A stretch of 64,000 nt of DNA from Antedon mediterranea. Its lineage: Eukaryota; Animalia; Echinodermata. A model generated the notes under the pieces. The model worked only from the letters and a program-made list of their open reading frames with translations, searched no databases and had not been told where the DNA came from. The stretch lies in the NCBI RefSeq assembly GCF_964355755.1, contig NC_092679.1, positions 14,739,432-14,803,431 of the forward strand, in the 5' to 3' direction. The position numbers and the translations under genes were made by a program. This document shows positions 61,301-64,000 of this stretch, piece by piece (the first letter of the stretch is position 1; each line of letters starts with the position of its first letter).

Positions 61301-64000
61301 TATTTTCATGATACACCATACAGAACATACAAATTAAAATTAATAATATTCTTATTTCATAATACGCTAATGATATTTTTATCTGGTAATATTTATTTAT
61401 TTAAATGAAATATATTCTTACATCATATTATGCTATTATTTTACCTGCTCAAAACCTCGTTTATATTTAATTACATCATAATCCCAGCTACTACTATTTC
61501 TTTTTTCGTTAAACTACTAAGTCCAGCTTTAAATGTCATGCATTATAATATATATTATATTACCCTATCGACAGCAAAGTTTGTAATTATATGAGACAGG
61601 ATACTGTAATTTACCACCTATTAATATCCTTCATGGTCGTGTTGACAAAAGACTTGCATAACACTATATTATATGTTTACATTTTTCACTATATTACACA
61701 GCTGCCTCTAATGCTACGGTTGATCGATTTATTAATATTAATCTTCTCAAAGTGTAAAGTCAGAAATAAAATTAAATATTAAGAAGACATTATTAATTAT
61801 ATGAATAAGCTCTTACAGTATATTCTTCGATAAATAGAAGATGGACAAAGTGTTAACAAAAGAAGAATAAGGTGTAGACATTTTTCAACATTACAAATAC
61901 AAATTTAAGAAAACATTTCGTCCTTAACCAGCATCTAAAATTGCATACTATGCTTACCCATTTTATTTGCATATTTGAATCAGTCCAGAATGCTTCCTTT
62001 TCTCTAGCATGACAACTTTCACAATCGCACAATACGTGTATCACACGTTTACCGTACTTACAGAACACGTTGACTGTTCCCATTTTGGAACAAATAACCT
62101 CAAAAGTTACAATTAAAACCAAACACGACACTGAAGAACCATAATAAAAAAACAACAACAAACAAAGTTGCATAAAATTTCACAAAGTCTTCTTGCTATT
62201 CATAAGGACAAACCGTTAAAATTAACAGGAAATAAGAATTTGATTTGAAGTATGTGATTGGACGATGAATAAGATAGGAAAGGAAGTCAATGAAAAGCTC
62301 TGCCTTTATGTACTCTTATTTTTTCACTTAGTATACAGCTCGAAAATGTATGTTAAGAGTCTGTCGTCTATATATCTAAACATTTATTTGACAACTTTCG
62401 GTTTCACTAACTAGTTTCTATAATTATGAAAGAAAGAAAATAATTTATAAGCTATAAACATCTAAAATTCTGAAATCTAAATTGATGAACAACTAAACTA
62501 TTTGATAAATTAAACTCTAAAACCAAGTATAATGGTAAATGGTAATCTACAAAAATAAATATTGATTAATTAATGTAAAATAATAATTTATTGATATTTA
62601 TTTATTGTTGAAATTGCTGGAAATCTGAAATAAGACATTTGTGAATAAATGAATAATAAAAAAACCCAATTATTTTGATATTTTTAATCAGTTTGAATTT
62701 CATAATTATGAATGAATACCATAAAAAACATCAACAAATAATTATTACCTCTTGTAAGTTGTACAAAAGATCTTCAATACTATGTTCTCCGTTCTGAGAT
62801 ACTCTAGCTTCCATCTGCGACAGCCAATCACAGATCTCCTTATATCTCGTTCCAAAGTGCGTCCATCGATTAAGCTTTTCAACAATCCTCTTCTTTTTCT
62901 GACAAGTTTGATGATGTATCTCATCCCATTGCTTGCTGAGTAACAGCAATCGTTCATGCAGCACCGAAATATCATCTGGACTTAAAATATCTGCTAATTT
63001 CTTTTCCTGGTTGTTTAACCGATCGAGCTTATGTCGAGAATTATTAAAGCAATCTTCGTACTCCTGGAAATATAAAAGAGCCATTTTCATTTGTGCATTT
63101 TATTGCTACCTGGTTTCCATCTTGACAAACAATAATAAATAGATTATAAGAACATGGCCTTACAATCTCTATAGTCTACTTGTAAAGTCTTCCTACATTA
63201 GGAAGTAATCAGATAAATTATGCACACCTACCACATCCCTACTGACCTGGAAGAAAGATAATTATAGAGGGCTCACTCTACTATCAATATTTTAACAAAA
63301 AATAGATGTAAATAATGATTTAAATAGTTATGAGAAAAAGACAAAAAAGAAACATTTTTAACAGAAATGTTTAAAAAGATCTCTTTCCCATCTTCTCATC
63401 TTTGGGCTGGCATAAAAAGCATGGTTTTCTTGAAAATCTGCTGAATTTTTAACAGAAGGAAAGATATTTGAACTTTTTAATTTATTTTTAGAGTTTCGGT
63501 AGTCCAGTTTGAACAGAGTCCGGGTATATTAGAATTAGAAAGGTAGTCTATTCCCACATAATCTAAAGTTGATTGTATTGAATTATAACCATCAAAATAA
63601 ACTCTAATTATGACCTCTGAACACTTCTTGCATTATGATAAATGTCTGTAATATCTCTTTGTTTATGAATTCTGATAAAAAGTTATGAATAAATAAATTA
63701 TGCACATGTAATAGCACTGGTCATGTTTTTAGGGGAAAATTTTGACTTTCACCATTCTGTTTACTGCATTATTGCAGAATAGTTACAGATATTAACAATA
63801 AATGAAAACATTTTTTTACCTTGCATTTCTGTAACATCTTCAGCATATCATCATACATGACAGGCAGTGGATTTGATGACATTGTCCTGATGCTCTTGAG
63901 CCATGTGTTAATATCTTCAACGCTTTGATTTGATGTCTCCCAGGCATTGACAAGGTCCTCCAGCCCTTGAAGATTCCTCTTCAACGTGGTGGTAATTTTG
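37136..64000 (-). CDS. SYNE1: Nesprin (SYNE1-like) 3' part, 15 exons, about 1160 aa in the window; the gene continues beyond 64000
   Basis: Spectrin repeats with nesprin-1-like segments ([46 protein letters not shown]), STAR motif RSGRDTP and a terminal KASH domain. All 14 junctions are GT-AG with consistent phases. Confidence 0.95.
37802..38004 (-). CDS. SYNE1: SYNE exon (low-complexity linker before KASH)
   Basis: ttgcag|[13 protein letters not shown]|gtagg; phase 0 to 2 fits both neighbours. Confidence 0.85.
38513..38731 (-). CDS. SYNE1: SYNE exon (last spectrin repeat)
   Basis: [28 protein letters not shown]|gtagg; 73 codons. Confidence 0.9.
39191..39520 (-). CDS. SYNE1: SYNE exon (spectrin repeat)
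   Basis: [44 protein letters not shown]|gtatgt; 110 codons. Confidence 0.92.
40915..41117 (-). CDS. SYNE1: SYNE exon (spectrin repeat)
   Basis: [34 protein letters not shown]|gtatg. Confidence 0.92.
41363..41459 (-). CDS. SYNE1: SYNE exon
   Basis: tttcag|[32 protein letters not shown]|gtaagt; phase 0 to 1 is required to join its neighbours. Confidence 0.85.
41578..42060. repeat. 48-bp minisatellite, about 10 near-identical copies, intronic
   Basis: Repeated unit aaatgataacgttgtgggtatcagtggctggatcttaatggagttaca. Confidence 0.97.
42197..42733 (-). CDS. SYNE1: SYNE exon: adaptive domain with STAR/W-acidic motif
   Basis: ttccag|[35 protein letters not shown]|gtaagt; 179 codons. Confidence 0.9.
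44706..44889. mobile_element. pogo/Tc1-mariner-like MITE with TA target duplication
   Basis: TA|CAGTAGAACCTCT..AGAGTTCTACTG|TA. Confidence 0.75.
45751..45829. repeat. 13-bp minisatellite (CGATGTGATGGAC)x6
   Basis: Perfect tandem copies. Confidence 0.95.
47039..47239 (-). CDS. SYNE1: SYNE exon (spectrin repeat)
   Basis: [43 protein letters not shown]|gtgtgt. Confidence 0.92.
47765..48085 (-). CDS. SYNE1: SYNE exon (spectrin repeat)
   Basis: [55 protein letters not shown]|gtacag. Confidence 0.95.
48432..48582 (-). CDS. SYNE1: SYNE exon (spectrin repeat)
   Basis: [26 protein letters not shown]|gtaagt. Confidence 0.95.
48812..48999 (-). CDS. SYNE1: SYNE exon (spectrin repeat)
   Basis: [45 protein letters not shown]; donor gtaatg. 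Confidence 0.95.
52346..52382. mobile_element. 37-bp transposon remnant with 11-bp inverted ends and a 7-bp target-site duplication
   Basis: GTATAGC-CATGGTGGTAA..TTACCTCCATG-GTATAGC. Confidence 0.65.
52440..52602 (-). CDS. SYNE1: SYNE exon (spectrin repeat); homologous to the first shared exon of vertebrate nesprin-1-alpha2
   Basis: tttcag|(R)[36 protein letters not shown]|gtaagc. Confidence 0.95.
52845..52861 (-). promoter_or_regulatory. CTCF-like binding motif
   Basis: CCACAAGAGGGCGCTAG closely matches the CTCF core CCACYAGRKGGCRC in otherwise AT-rich intron. Confidence 0.5.
55240..55437. repeat. Degenerate (AAACTCTGATG)n minisatellite
   Basis: Many aaactctgatga/aaactctgata units. Confidence 0.85.
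57924..58050. repeat. 18-bp minisatellite (GGAACTGTTAGGAAGAGN)n
   Basis: About 5-6 diverged tandem copies. Confidence 0.85.
58130..58296 (-). CDS. SYNE1: SYNE exon (spectrin repeat); missed by the ORF track
   Basis: ctacag|[55 protein letters not shown](R)|gttagt. Confidence 0.93.
60035..60334 (-). mobile_element. tRNA-derived V-domain-like SINE, second copy, in a SYNE intron
   Basis: The reverse complement aligns along the whole of 24915-25220 with only scattered differences. Confidence 0.87.
60535..60830. repeat. Diverged tandem duplication of about 175 bp
   Basis: tgtttacttaaa..ccaaattcaaa..caactctt..ttgtctgtt..gatattagatg..ttgtgta..tctcatgac..tgttttatagc occurs twice. Confidence 0.75.
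62749..63063 (-). CDS. SYNE1: SYNE exon (spectrin repeat)
   Basis: [42 protein letters not shown]|gtaata; 105 codons. Confidence 0.93.
63820..64000 (-). CDS. SYNE1: SYNE exon (partial, runs off the window)
   Basis: [25 protein letters not shown]|gtaaaa. Confidence 0.88.

Overview
AT-rich, intron-containing animal genomic DNA, probably an invertebrate deuterostome such as an echinoderm (inferred from gene content and repeat style). It holds four protein-coding genes. (1) A complete but divergent estrogen-related receptor (ERR/NR3B-like) on the + strand, with 6 coding exons at 1411-10000 (445 aa). (2, 3) Two paralogous type-I Ig-domain membrane receptors on the - strand (20529-21824 and 28582-29712), each with an uninterrupted CDS and a shared, ordered array of cytoplasmic tyrosine motifs. 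(4) The last 15 exons of a nesprin (SYNE1-like) gene on the - strand, from beyond 64000 to 37136, with spectrin repeats, the STAR/W-acidic motif and a KASH domain. The NR3 gene and SYNE converge tail-to-tail, as ESR1-SYNE1 and ESR2-SYNE2 do in vertebrates. Long SYNE introns contain several phase-matched candidate alternative first exons, two of them at the intron used by vertebrate nesprin-1-alpha2. Repeats include V-domain SINEs, LINE 3' ends, Kolobok- and pogo-like MITEs and satellites. There are also two classes of apparent transposon excision scars: TA-GGCC-TA insertions and tiny CATGG..CCATG remnants with 7-bp target duplications. All exon calls were made by hand from splice sites, reading-frame phase and recalled homology; no database searches were run.
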